Below are positions 30,954-42,100 of a stretch of DNA of 64,000 nucleotides, piece after piece. Position numbers and translations under genes: made by a program. The first letter of the stretch is position 1. The number at the start of each line of letters is the position of its first letter. Location: the NCBI GenBank assembly GCA_003707115.1, contig PPNB01000011.1, forward strand, positions 62,001-126,000, read 5' to 3'. Under the pieces are notes generated by a model. It had not been told where the DNA came from. It did not search any database and was given only the letters and a program-made list of their open reading frames with translations. The stretch comes from Tortispora ganteri. Its lineage: Eukaryota.

Positions 30954-33950
30954 TCCCATCTTACCCTTTAATACACCCTTTGCAAATGAGGTCTTTTGAT
31001 CCTCGAAGAACTCTCCAATAGATTTGAATGTTTCGTTGGATTGCTCTTCAATGTTATTCATGCCCTCATTCAAAGAATTTTGCATATTACTAAAACTCCA
31101 AGTGCCTTTTTTATTCTGATATTGCCCAGCATTCACTTTTCCACCTCGACCATCCGATCTCCTATTTCCCTGCTCCTCAATCGCCGCTTTACTCTTTGGT
31201 CTCTTAGACCCTCCAAGAAGCTCATCTAAATCTGCAATCGATATGTACTGCCGTCCCGCAATCCACTGAATAGTGCCTATTGTCGGACGAGGAACGAATG
31301 ACTTTAAGGGATCATACAGCTGGTCTCCTTTTTGTCCGTATGCTGCCACTCCCTCTCCTGTTCTTGTATTCCATATAGACAGGAACTGACCTTGTGAAGC
31401 GCCAGATTGTATCATAATATCGCCAGATATCAGTATAGAGCTCTTTTGTGTGTACGGAAACTGCAGGTCATCCTCAAAGCTTTCAGGTACCGTACTTGTC
31501 GCGACAGTGCTCAGGCCGGGCAGAGAAATCAGGGCAGCATTCCCTTTTGCACTGATACAAGCAAGACCGACAGAATCTCCGCCCATTCGTAAAGTACACA
31601 AGCCGGCATTAACAATTGGTCCTCCGATCTGTTGAGGGAGTCCCGTAGTAGAATAAACTTTGTGGCTCAGTTTGCTTTTTACAGGTTTAACAACCCGAAT
31701 TTCTGATCCAGATACAACTGCGACCGCACCAGGTACAATTATGCTCTTGCCGAGCTGGGCCATGACTTCTGGAGTTGCAACTGTCGAGTTTCCGGTATCC
31801 GAGTTGTAGGGACACAGCGCAATAATACTATCATCACATGCATGCATTTCATCCACGAAGTCAGCCGAGAAGCCGCCACCCTGCACAGGTAGTATTCTAA
31901 ACGTAGCAAGACGGCCTTCAGAAGTTCCTATAAGTAACACGATGCTTGAATATGGCTCGTCATTAATCACCGTTATAGAAAACTCCAGGCTCGTAGGATA
32001 TTCTGTCGCCTGAGGAGCAGATCGGCGAATACGGCTTGGCTTGAAAAATACGGCTAATCGCTCAGAAAATATGACAGCTGGCCCCCTTCTATCGACAATT
32101 GCGACAGTTCCGTCATAATAACCTACAGCAACAAATCCTATGTTGCTTTGCACTAGACATGATACTTGCACGTCTGGGTCCGCAGGCTTAAGAATGCAGA
32201 CTGGCATAAATCCTTCCTTTATAGACGTGTCAAGGCCATGAGAGGCATCAAACAAGTGTATAGAGTCGGATGAGATAGGATCACACGGTCTGTAATGTTT
32301 CGCTTTCATGATTTTGTAAAGTATGACCTCATATGCGGAGGCAGCCACTGCGGCCTCTAAAGTAAGGCCAGAGAAAGAGACGTGAGATACCGCTACATTG
32401 TCGGCTCGACTCAGGGGAAGCGAGAGATCGATTCTCAGGGGCTGTGAGTCGTCTATTTCGGCGTAAGAGGCGTCCCAGAATAGCAATATGCCGTTTTTAT
32501 GACCAGTGTACATGACATTGCGAGTCTGTAATCTCCTCAGTTTCCTTCCAGAAGGAGCACCGCCTGTACATACAGGCTGTATATGTGGCTGGCCGGCCAT
32601 GATTCCCAGCCACTGGTCACGGGGAACAGTACAGCCGCCTACGCAGGAAATAGGAGATTCTGCCCAAGTCAATGAGGGAGGAAACATGCGTTCCATATTC
32701 ACTGGTGATCCGTCGGGAAATGAGTGCGCACACAGTTCGCCAGAGGAGTATCTGACCAGAATGTAGTTGGGGTCCGCTGTACCGCAGAAATGAGGAGTCT
32801 GTTGTGGGAAAACCTGTATATCAACCGGGACTGAACTTGAATCTATTCCGGGTGACGGGATGGTTCTTTGGCGTTTTGGTTCGGAGTAGTAGCTAGCCAT
32901 TGACTTGAAAGAGGTGACGCTAACGGTAGGCGAAGGGCCAAAGTCGATGATAGTCACACCCGGTAGAGCTAGTCCAGCGACCTGGCCGCCAATAACGATT
33001 AGCTGAGTGTCCATAGTGTTAGAATTTGAGCTGCACCAGTAAGCCTTTGTAGCGATAACGGCAGATGAGCTGGTCTCCGAATTGGAGAAAGGGCTGATCG
33101 AAACAGACGATCGAGGGACATTTATATTTGATTCAGAGAGGTTTCTGGCGAGTATAAGCGTGCCAGAATCGGTGTCCCAGAATACTAGAGAGCTGTCATC
33201 ATGCACTGAAAGGATATGATGGCCGTTAGGGTGCCATACAGCGTCAAGTGCGCGTGGGTAGCGGTGGGTATGTGAAGAGGACATGGAACCACCCGGAGCG
33301 CCTGGCGGGACGCCGTAGACGAGAGTCTGTATGATGGTTGATTGTGCAAGAGAAAGAAGAAGAATTGCTTCTGCGTAAACGACAAGCAAACAGGAAACGT
33401 CGCGCGGGTGGAGTTTGAGAGCTAGAATGGGTGAGACGGCGGAGGTACCACGTCTATTCGCGACAGCGCCGGACTTGCGAAGCAGGTTATTTGTCTTGAA
33501 GGGAGACGGTGAACCACGGTCTATATCGTAGGCGCATACCTCACCATTTGCAAGTCCGTAGAAGAGCCAGTCGAGGGCAGGATCAGCCTCAGCGGCGGTT
33601 ATTTTGCCTGGTGCAGAAAATACGGAAAGCTGTTGTTTAGTATCAAGAGAGAATACTGTGATAGTGCTGAGGGTATCAATGACGACGAGATAGATTCCAC
33701 GGACTATTCTTGTCCACCATATAGGTGCGCGTTTTTTGAGTGAGAAGACGACCTCGACGCCTGGTTGGCCAAATACCGATATTTCTCCGGCATTTGTTGC
33801 TACAGCGAGCAGGCTTTGGACTGGATCAAAGGCAGTAGCAGAGACAGTTCCGTTGACGCCATAGGTACAGTGGGAAACGAGTTTGACATAATTGCTGGAT
33901 ATCGACTCCGAAAGGTTAGGCTTACCTAAAGTTTTTATTTTTGAGAACAT
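30948..33950 (-). CDS. SRO7: Lgl/tomosyn-family WD40 protein, Sro7/Sro77-like
   Basis: AFDPVQSLLAVAT, LHPRD, WHPNGHHILSVHDDSSLVFWD, SNIGFVAVGY, IVDRRGPAVIF and RPTIGTIQW. Confidence 0.88.
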   Translation of the reverse strand: MFSKIKTLGKPNLSESISSNYVKLVSHCTYGVNGTVSATAFDPVQSLLAVATNAGEISVFGQPGVEVVFSLKKRAPIWWTRIVRGIYLVVIDTLSTITVFSLDTKQQLSVFSAPGKITAAEADPALDWLFYGLANGEVCAYDIDRGSPSPFKTNNLLRKSGAVANRRGTSAVSPILALKLHPRDVSCLLVVYAEAILLLSLAQSTIIQTLVYGVPPGAPGGSMSSSHTHRYPRALDAVWHPNGHHILSVHDDSSLVFWDTDSGTLILARNLSESNINVPRSSVSISPFSNSETSSSAVIATKAYWCSSNSNTMDTQLIVIGGQVAGLALPGVTIIDFGPSPTVSVTSFKSMASYYSEPKRQRTIPSPGIDSSSVPVDIQVFPQQTPHFCGTADPNYILVRYSSGELCAHSFPDGSPVNMERMFPPSLTWAESPISCVGGCTVPRDQWLGIMAGQPHIQPVCTGGAPSGRKLRRLQTRNVMYTGHKNGILLFWDASYAEIDDSQPLRIDLSLPLSRADNVAVSHVSFSGLTLEAAVAASAYEVILYKIMKAKHYRPCDPISSDSIHLFDASHGLDTSIKEGFMPVCILKPADPDVQVSCLVQSNIGFVAVGYYDGTVAIVDRRGPAVIFSERLAVFFKPSRIRRSAPQATEYPTSLEFSITVINDEPYSSIVLLIGTSEGRLATFRILPVQGGGFSADFVDEMHACDDSIIALCPYNSDTGNSTVATPEVMAQLGKSIIVPGAVAVVSGSEIRVVKPVKSKLSHKVYSTTGLPQQIGGPIVNAGLCTLRMGGDSVGLACISAKGNAALISLPGLSTVATSTVPESFEDDLQFPYTQKSSILISGDIMIQSGASQGQFLSIWNTRTGEGVAAYGQKGDQLYDPLKSFVPRPTIGTIQWIAGRQYISIADLDELLGGSKRPKSKAAIEEQGNRRSDGRGGKVNAGQYQNKKGTWSFSNMQNSLNEGMNNIEEQSNETFKSIGEFFEDQKTSFAKGVLKGKMGL

Positions 33951-34555
33951 ACGAATTTAGTGACCACAATGAATCGATCAAGGGTTGTCAGTTAGTGTGC
34001 ACTTTGGTGGTCTAGAAACCCTCTTTATTCAATATTAAGGTTGGGGTGGGGACAAGGAGATGTGAATGCGCATATGGTAATCATCGATATCCGCCAAACT
34101 CATAACGCGTCGCACTTAATGGGAGACTACATTGTTTAATAATCTCTAAATCTATACAATTAAGTACGCATCTAGCGGCAGCAAAAAGAATGATCATGGC
34201 GTGTATAGACTTTGTAGTTGCAGTACGCGTGAGTATTGGGGCAGAGGCCGGTTTTCCGTCTTTCTTGACTAACCCTTAACCCTTGGTCTTGAAGTTAAAA
34301 AGAACTGAGTGCCTGAAAATGCGCATTATCGACTAGCCTCAATCAGGGACTTTTTATTGAACGGCGCATATAAAGGCATTGCGGAAAGTGCCAAATACAA
34401 TAAAAAGACCAAAAATTAAAAATACGTGCTGTTATTACTTACGCCAGTGCAGATTGTTTGCACCTTTTTTGTGAATATTTGACGGTTAACGATCAACTTG
34501 GGTGTGTAACTATTGCATTGTGATTAGATAAGGAAGAGGACTAAAAACTATCAAT

Positions 34556-35656
34556 ATGTCAAGCCGCGACTATGAGAGTCCGTTCAGAGTCAGGGCTAAT
34601 TCGACAACAAGAAATCCCAGACGACAATCACTGAGGAAATGGTTCTCTAGCTTCAACATCAATCCTAATGAAAGACCGTTGCAGTACCGGGGAGCGACGC
34701 AGACGTCTGAATTGGTTATGATGACAGGGGCAGATTCTTCCACGAGCCTGAACATATGTAACAGTGACTGCGAGGAGATGTCAGATGTTGGCGGAGAGGC
34801 TCCATCAACTGAAGATGACTATGATATAACTGCGGCCGATGGTCATTTGGCTGCCGATAGCTGCAACGAGTGTACGAATACTACAACGACGATCAAAGAA
34901 AGTTCTAGCGCAGTGCGCAGCGATGGTTCGGCACCCGTATCTGTGCGCATGACTTTTCTGTACGGTCGAACGGGCGGGTTTCATGCGAGCCTAATGGACC
35001 CGATTGAGCGGCGTGGAGCAGGTGTGGTGCAGGTGGGACGCTATTTGGACCGCAACATTGATAGTACGAAGCCTGGAGTGTCGTACCTGAAGCCAATAGT
35101 GTTCCGTAACCAGGTAGTGAGCCGAATGCATGCGGAGATCTGGTACGAGGAGGGAACTTGGTACATACGGGATGTTGGTTCGTCATCGGGAACGTTTGTA
35201 AACGGACGACGACTGTGCGGTAGCCAGTTGACATCTACGCCGCTAGCACTCAAAGATTACGATGTTGTTCAGTTTGGACAGGATTTCCGCAATAGTACGG
35301 AAGAAATATACCAGAGCGTGCGGCTGCGTGTCGAGTTTAATGATATATGGAAGAAGAAGAATGCATACACACAATCAGAACATAACCGACTGCGGGCGAT
35401 AATGGCGGCGGGTGTCGGTGTCGATGCCGATGCCGATGAGTCTGGTGAGCAGAGCAAAATACCAGACTGTACGGTTTGCCTGATGCCCATGAAGCCCGGA
35501 CACCCACTCTTTTTCGCGCCGTGCGCCCACTCGTGGCATTACAGATGTGCGCGACCGCTCATTGTCCAGCACTACCCTGCATTCGTTTGTCCAATATGTC
35601 GCAGCTCGTATGACTTAGAAGCTGTTGATGACGATGAAGACGACGACGAGCTCTGA
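34556..35656 (+). CDS. DMA1: FHA-RING E3 ubiquitin ligase, Dma1/Dma2-like
   Basis: FHA motifs VGRY, VVSRMHA and IRDVGSSSGTFVNG; RING-H2 CTVCL...PCAHSWHYRC...CPICR. Confidence 0.88.
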   Translation: MSSRDYESPFRVRANSTTRNPRRQSLRKWFSSFNINPNERPLQYRGATQTSELVMMTGADSSTSLNICNSDCEEMSDVGGEAPSTEDDYDITAADGHLAADSCNECTNTTTTIKESSSAVRSDGSAPVSVRMTFLYGRTGGFHASLMDPIERRGAGVVQVGRYLDRNIDSTKPGVSYLKPIVFRNQVVSRMHAEIWYEEGTWYIRDVGSSSGTFVNGRRLCGSQLTSTPLALKDYDVVQFGQDFRNSTEEIYQSVRLRVEFNDIWKKKNAYTQSEHNRLRAIMAAGVGVDADADESGEQSKIPDCTVCLMPMKPGHPLFFAPCAHSWHYRCARPLIVQHYPAFVCPICRSSYDLEAVDDDEDDDEL

Positions 35657-35747
35657 CGCATGTACGCGCACGCACAGGCGCAAACGTATACTTGCATACA
35701 CATCAGTACGCGTATATATACAGTAGCTATCTCAGACAATGTAGCGT

Positions 35748-36104
35748 TCAGTCGTAGTTGAGGACGCTAACGGATTCGCTAGATGTCGCAGCTGAGCCGC
35801 GCACGCTCAATAATAAAGCAGATATTTTCGCTCGTAGATTTTCGTCTGTGCTATCTCGAATAAAATCCTCGATTTCGTACGTCACGTCAGATCGTTTGAC
35901 GACATCTTCCAATATAGCTACGATCTGTGGTAGATCTTGGTCTAAAAGCGAAGGATCACGTGTTATTTCATTTTCAATGATTTGATTAACGCGATCTTCT
36001 AATTTCGGACCCAAACTTGTTTTAAAATCTTCTAAAATTGATTTCCGCATATTATCAAAAAGTCCTTTCCGTTTGAATGCCTCTACTTCATCTTCTTCTG
36101 TCAT
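35748..36104 (-). CDS. SHG1: COMPASS subunit, Shg1/BOD1 family
   Basis: VEAFKRKGLFDNMRKSIL signature; ENEITRDPSLL. Confidence 0.78.
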   Translation of the reverse strand: MTEEDEVEAFKRKGLFDNMRKSILEDFKTSLGPKLEDRVNQIIENEITRDPSLLDQDLPQIVAILEDVVKRSDVTYEIEDFIRDSTDENLRAKISALLLSVRGSAATSSESVSVLNYD

Positions 36105-36168
36105 GGTGGTGTTAGGTGGGATGAAAACAGCTAAAGTGGGTTTTCTTCTTTTTACTTAACACCTTACA

Positions 36169-37200
36169 ATGTGTAGATTCCTCATATTTAAAGGCACAGA
36201 AGATATCTTATTGGCTGATCTACTTACTAGACCTGCTCATTCTATTATTAATCAATCATATGATTCACGCCTACGTATAGATATGCGTAGGCCGATCAAT
36301 GGTGATGGATTCGGTGTAGGTTACTATACTCCAACCATAGATACAGAACCATGTATTTATACATCTATAACACCTGCATGGAACAATATTAATTTGTCCA
36401 GACTTGCCTCTAAAACTATGACGAAACTAGCTTTTGCCCATATTCGAGCCTCAACATCTGGTGCTCTCGCAGAAACAAATTGCCATCCATTCTCCTACCA
36501 CTCACTAATGTTCATGCATAATGGTGCTATTGCTAACTTTCATAAAATACAAAAACGCCTTGCTATGTACATCAGTGACCCTTATTTCTCGCATATACAA
36601 GGCTCTACTGACTCTGAATGGGCTTTCGCCTTAGTTCTCGAGTGTCTACACCGTTTGGGCGTAGATCCTGCCGATCCTCAAGGTAACTTCCCGCCAAAAA
36701 TACTCAAGGCCGCCATTCTCGACTCCATAGCACTTATCAGTCAATGGACTACTGAGATATCTGAAGAACCCAGTCTTTTGAACTTCGCCTTAACAGATGG
36801 ATCTTCCATTGTCGCTTCTAGATACATCTCCTCCAAAACTGACGAAGCAGCCTCACTACATTTCTCGTCTGGCTCAAAATTCCTCGAGTATGCACCGGGA
36901 AAGTATCGCATGGAACGCCACGATCGCCGCCAGGACGTCATTCTCATCTCATCAGAGCCTCTCACATTCGAACGAAACGATTGGGTCACTATACCTACTA
37001 ATACGCTCCTACTGATTCATGATCAAAACATCCTAATGTACCCTATTATCGATCAGTTCTACCAGGACGATCCTACGTTCGCTAGATCTTCAGAATACGC
37101 TGCAAGTCTCGGTCTTGTCGGCTCTGTCCCTATCGGCGGCTCAGTGAATCACGTCCCTCCGCTTGAACGCGAGCGCAGACTGCCTATTACTTCTTCATGA
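36169..37200 (+). CDS. DUG3: Class II glutamine amidotransferase of the DUG glutathione-degradation complex
   Basis: N-terminal nucleophile MCRF, RPAHSIINQS, NGDGFG, FAHIRAST, NCHPF, MHNG, GSTDSE and SEPLTFER. Confidence 0.95.
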   Translation: MCRFLIFKGTEDILLADLLTRPAHSIINQSYDSRLRIDMRRPINGDGFGVGYYTPTIDTEPCIYTSITPAWNNINLSRLASKTMTKLAFAHIRASTSGALAETNCHPFSYHSLMFMHNGAIANFHKIQKRLAMYISDPYFSHIQGSTDSEWAFALVLECLHRLGVDPADPQGNFPPKILKAAILDSIALISQWTTEISEEPSLLNFALTDGSSIVASRYISSKTDEAASLHFSSGSKFLEYAPGKYRMERHDRRQDVILISSEPLTFERNDWVTIPTNTLLLIHDQNILMYPIIDQFYQDDPTFARSSEYAASLGLVGSVPIGGSVNHVPPLERERRLPITSS

Positions 37201-38970
37201 TCCTAGCGATACTCTTACCACTCGAGTCCTCCTTTCCGCCTTGTGTGCTATCATATCTCCTTCCTCTTCAGCTATATCTTGTTTGCTTAATCTGACTACT
37301 CGGACTATGCTGTAGTGACCGTACGTGTTCTGTTTCACAACAGAACCCGGATTCACGCACACAACTCCTTCAACAACCTTCTCAAACGGCGGCATACTGC
37401 TCGGATTTATATATAGGTCGGGCTTGGTTTCCTCGAATTCACTCAGACCCATATAAGGCACGTCAATGATTCCACTATTTTCAGGGAACACCGGATAGAA
37501 ACATCTTTGCTGAAATACTTCATGCGCTATTGACGACACAACGTCGTTATTTTGTTGTTTTAGTCGTGTGCTGTCTATATCGCTGAAAACATCAATATTG
37601 TTGACAGCTACCACCACTCCATCCAGCGAAATAATGCACGGATTCGTTAGAGTTTTGACATTTCCCTTGAGTTGCAGCACCTTTCTGTCAAACCGGTCCT
37701 GTGGATACGAAATGTGAACATTGACAGCATCCCTGGCATGTGGTACTAGGAATACAGGCGTATGCTTAGGTAAATCATTCAGTATCGTTGAAATCTTATC
37801 GATGAACAATGATTCCAATGGAGGATTAGTGTTATCTGCGGAATAAGGAAACTCGCCTTTCTTTATCAAAGGATGTGAGTCGTCAATGAAAGGCCCAAAT
37901 AGTATAACAGCACTAGTCATAGCTTGCATACTGCGCTGTACAATGTGCTGCAACGGCTTGAAATCAAGATCTGTATCTGCAGTATATGGTCCAGACGCAA
38001 CTACGAGAGACAACGGAGCAGTGTAGTTAGAAAATCGCAGTAGATCTTGACGCGGACTTGCAGGATGTAAAAGAGAGGGAAATGGTAGTCTTGAGCTCGC
38101 CTTGAAGAGCTTACCGCCGGAATTGCGGCCTTTTAGAGCTACTATTTGGCCCGGAAATAGCAGTTCTTCCGGTAGCGCGCTAACATCTAAGCGTACCCGT
38201 TCTCCACCACCAATATGCGCACACGGCTCTAGTGCTAGAGTGCCTTTCTGCAGTTGTCCGTCTTCGTCAGAGACGATACGCCCGACAACAGTGATGTCCG
38301 AATGGCTCAAACTCACTGGATTTCCAAAATCTTCCATCGGCAACTTGTAATATTCTGAGACAATTTTCATAAAAGTTTCAATTCTATCGTCTAAGTAGTC
38401 GCTGATTTCTGTCATCTTCATATACATGGTTCGATAGTGGTACTTTTGCAGCTCCACGCTGTATTCAATAATTGGTGGATCGTCTGGGTGTTCGACGTTC
38501 GGTTCTGGAAATTTGACATCGTCTAAAGGTGTGAGCACGTTTTCGATCGTCTCAATAGGTTCCGGAAGTGAGCTGGCGGTTTCAGTCGCTTTGATCGGTG
38601 TAGACGTCAGGACCGAGTCGTCCTGGACCCCGCGACGCTTCACGGGAGTGTCTATCACATCTGATTTAGATCGTTTTGGTGTCATAAGCTCTTCGAACCC
38701 AGATATTCGCGCCTTTCGTGCAGATTTAGTATGTTTAGGTTTTTCAGCAGATTCCAGCTGGAGTAGCAAATGATTCTTAAAGTCATGCAGCGCTGAAAAA
38801 TTAAGCGTGTTCTGATCCTGCTGGATACTGAATGCCTCCCATTTGAATGCCAACTCTTCTGGCGACATGTAAAACTGATTCATTAGCTTTTCACATTCTA
38901 TCAAAACATCAGACCGCGTCGACGCGTCAATATATCGGTTTAGCCGCGTAGCTAACTCATCTGCTGTCAT
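37195..38970 (-). CDS. POL12: DNA polymerase alpha B subunit
   Basis: ELAFKWEAF, YRTMYMK, VVGRIVSD, LFPGQIVALKG, VASGPYT, LFGPFID, QQRCFYPVFP and CVNPG. Confidence 0.93.
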   Translation of the reverse strand: MTADELATRLNRYIDASTRSDVLIECEKLMNQFYMSPEELAFKWEAFSIQQDQNTLNFSALHDFKNHLLLQLESAEKPKHTKSARKARISGFEELMTPKRSKSDVIDTPVKRRGVQDDSVLTSTPIKATETASSLPEPIETIENVLTPLDDVKFPEPNVEHPDDPPIIEYSVELQKYHYRTMYMKMTEISDYLDDRIETFMKIVSEYYKLPMEDFGNPVSLSHSDITVVGRIVSDEDGQLQKGTLALEPCAHIGGGERVRLDVSALPEELLFPGQIVALKGRNSGGKLFKASSRLPFPSLLHPASPRQDLLRFSNYTAPLSLVVASGPYTADTDLDFKPLQHIVQRSMQAMTSAVILFGPFIDDSHPLIKKGEFPYSADNTNPPLESLFIDKISTILNDLPKHTPVFLVPHARDAVNVHISYPQDRFDRKVLQLKGNVKTLTNPCIISLDGVVVAVNNIDVFSDIDSTRLKQQNNDVVSSIAHEVFQQRCFYPVFPENSGIIDVPYMGLSEFEETKPDLYINPSSMPPFEKVVEGVVCVNPGSVVKQNTYGHYSIVRVVRLSKQDIAEEEGDMIAHKAERRTRVVRVSLGS

Positions 38971-39147
38971 ACTGTCAACGCGTAAAAAGAGTGAACACGC
39001 GCTTTCGCATTAGGTGGTACAGATAGTTACACAAACCCTAAATTGTGTTGCCATAACTTGGTAGGGTTAGGGTATAACAAATGCTCTACATTATTGACAC
39101 ACCAACTGCGAGCTCTGTCTCTTGCAAATAAAAAAGGAAAAAGAAAC

Positions 39148-42100
39148 ATGCATTGGCTTGCGCAAGATTTTGAGGCTCTTCGAGCAAGGCTGTTAGAAGA
39201 CCCGCATGATGCTTCAGTGTTGGAGTATATGGACGACTTCCTTAATCTGACGACGAAGAAGCCTAAGTCAACAGAAAGTAGATCTCGACTAGATTCCAAA
39301 ACAATCACAATAAATGGTGAGCAGCTTACTCTCAATGATGAGTTTGTCATACAGACTCTGGGAGTAGCTTCTGCACTTGATATTGATGAACTCGTGGCTG
39401 CTGAGCTACTTTTTCAAGGTATCGATGCCGCCTCAGTTTTTGATCGCTCACCTGTATATTCGGCAGTGTTTGTATATTATAAACGTCTTTCTTACCTCAT
39501 CGAATGTTTACGCCTCATATTCTTTGGTGCTAACCTAGACTTTATAGAGGCTCTACTTGATGCGTCTGAAACCGGTTCAGGCGCTAAGCCTTATTTCTCT
39601 CGCCTCATAGATGCTCTATCTAGCACTCATCAGGACCTCAGCCGCCTAGACACAAAATTTCATGAAGCATATCTTTCCGGTCAAAGCAATGATCCTGACT
39701 ATATTGATATGCTTAATGCACAACAGCGACAGACAGTTCAGTTATTTGACGCCTTATCAGTGACTTTTTACGCACTGACTACCCTCTCAACCCCATCCTC
39801 TTCTGACATTACCAACCTTGTTAACTTTGCCCTACAATTTAAAGACTATTCCTCATGGACTCTTCAGCTTTTACCGCCAATTTCCGGTGCTTTCTGGAGG
39901 TTTTGCAATATACCGATCCCTTCTGACTCTCCTATTTCTTTCTACCCGAAGCTAAAGACCTTACTAGCGTCTAATGAACATTGGCCCTCTGCTATTTTGC
40001 TCTTATGGCTTGTTCATCTAAGTACTTATTGTCGTATGCAGCCTGAACCTGTCTCCTTGGACTATCACAACGACATAGCGGATCCTGCTATTGTTGCTGT
40101 TAAGCAAGGCGCATTTGAACTCCTTATGCTCGCAGCGCGCGACTCTAATCCGCAAAAGTTGGATGTCGGGCTATATGATTTTGTTTCACATTTCAGCTCC
40201 TCTCTCACATCTCCACCCTCAATTCTTCCTTCTAATATTCTATTTACACCTCTATTTGATGTTTTAGAGAATTTCATCGTCGCGATCATCAGAGATCTCG
40301 CAGATATTCTCAGAGAGATAAAGATAATGGAGGAAGATAACGATATAGAAGTCTTAGAACACTCATTTTCGGAGATAATCGATGATTCTGAATCTACTCC
40401 ATTCTACTTGGAACAGTTCTATATACTTATATCCGCACTGTACCGTTCTCGTCCTGATTCATCATCACACTACTGGAATGACACTGACTCTGATCTTTAT
40501 GGATTTTTGGTCTGGGCCTCTGAGTGTCACACCTCAATAATAAGCGCAGCATATTTTGACATGATATCCTCCCTTTGCACCGGACCTGATTCAGCTAGAG
40601 CTGCATATCAGTTCTTTCTCCCTAATCCAGATAACGAAACGACTGTTTTTGCGCGCACTAGAAAAACTTTCCGTATGTCATGGCATGATATATTTAATGC
40701 AGTTTCGGTTTATAATATTTCAAAAGGTACCAAGTCTAAGACGGCTGATTCTTTAACCGTTTCAGAGCCAAAAGTGTCTGTTGAAGTCAACCCAGACTCA
40801 ATTTTGGAACTGATGAGTTTCTTGCGATTCATATACGAAACCGCTAGATTTTCAAATGATGCTCGAGAATACTTTTTCAAAGAACCTGATTTTGCTTTGC
40901 TAAAGACCCTGTCTGGCCTATTAAAAGGTGATTTTCCCGTTAACGGTTCTGTGTTTTTAGTATTATCAGCGGTTTATAACCCTAATTCTGATAAGCACTC
41001 TTCAGACATATGGGATATTATCAAATCAATGGCAAATCCAAAACCGGAAGCTAATGATGCTGTTTCCTCTACGAAACAGGAACAGTCTGCGTCTTCGATT
41101 AATGCTTCTTTCAGTTCCTATTTCTACTCTCCTTCAGATGTTAAGGGGTTTATATATATGCTACATGTGCTGTTGAATCCTGAAGAGGATAAGTTCCCGC
41201 ATATTCGGACTGGCCTTCCTTGTTCATCGACATACTGGCCAACTGGAGTAAGAGCCATTGTGGAAACTGTGCTTTCTATATTTTTCGAAACTACCTCTGA
41301 CGCTTTCTCAGCAGATGAACGTATCAGACTTCAAGGGCTATGTCTGTCGTTTATTTCCGATTGCCTTTCCCGATTTGATTCCGATTACCCACTATTTTTG
41401 CGAAACTCCGGGGTAGACCTCGATAAAGCTACATTTTCTAAGAGCTTCTCAGAATTTCTCCACTACCATCCTGTCACCTGGGTATTCGATTTGCTATTTG
41501 ACGAAAAGATAAACGGCTTGTTTTTTGCCCTTTCTTCCGCTGCGGTGGAACTGGTTGAAGAGCTTGAGCCTGATCACCCGCTTTGCAGTGCTGTGTCCAG
41601 CACTTTTATCATTATTGATAAAATTCTCGGAATGCAACACGTCTATTTTGATTTAATTTATCCTTCTCTTAGCGCTAACTCTACTGCACTTGTTTCGCCG
41701 TATGTGCTAGTCTTCCGAGGATTTGAAGAGGTGATTTTAGCTAATATCTCTTTTGTTACGGAGCTGGCTATATATTCCTGTTCCACTCATTCATCCATAG
41801 GAAAGCCGGCGTTGATGATCTTAAAAAAACTGGCTAATTCCACCTTGTTTTCTTCGTTTCCAAAGGGACAGTCTGGAGGGGCAGAAGATAGGTTTCTTTG
41901 TGCATTTTCAACTGCTGATGAATCTCGAAGGATTAAGCTTGATTTTATTTATCAGCTGCAATCTTTATTATCTGATGAACTACAACCTGAAGCCTATAAA
42001 GCTGGTTTTGAAAGGGTGATGGAAAATTTACAATTTGTTAATGATTCCATCAATCCTGACGATACCTATCCATCGGTTGGTTATTTCATTTTAGGCTATA

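Noticed and set aside
34261..34290. TAACCCTTAACCCT as a telomerase RNA template
   Set aside because: It lies in a ~600-bp divergent promoter and I saw no other telomerase RNA features; a DNA binding site is simpler.
35656..35722. Alternating purine-pyrimidine runs (21 and 17 nt) as Z-DNA
   Set aside because: They sit between convergent genes, where supercoiling disfavours Z-DNA, and resemble ordinary 3'-end elements.
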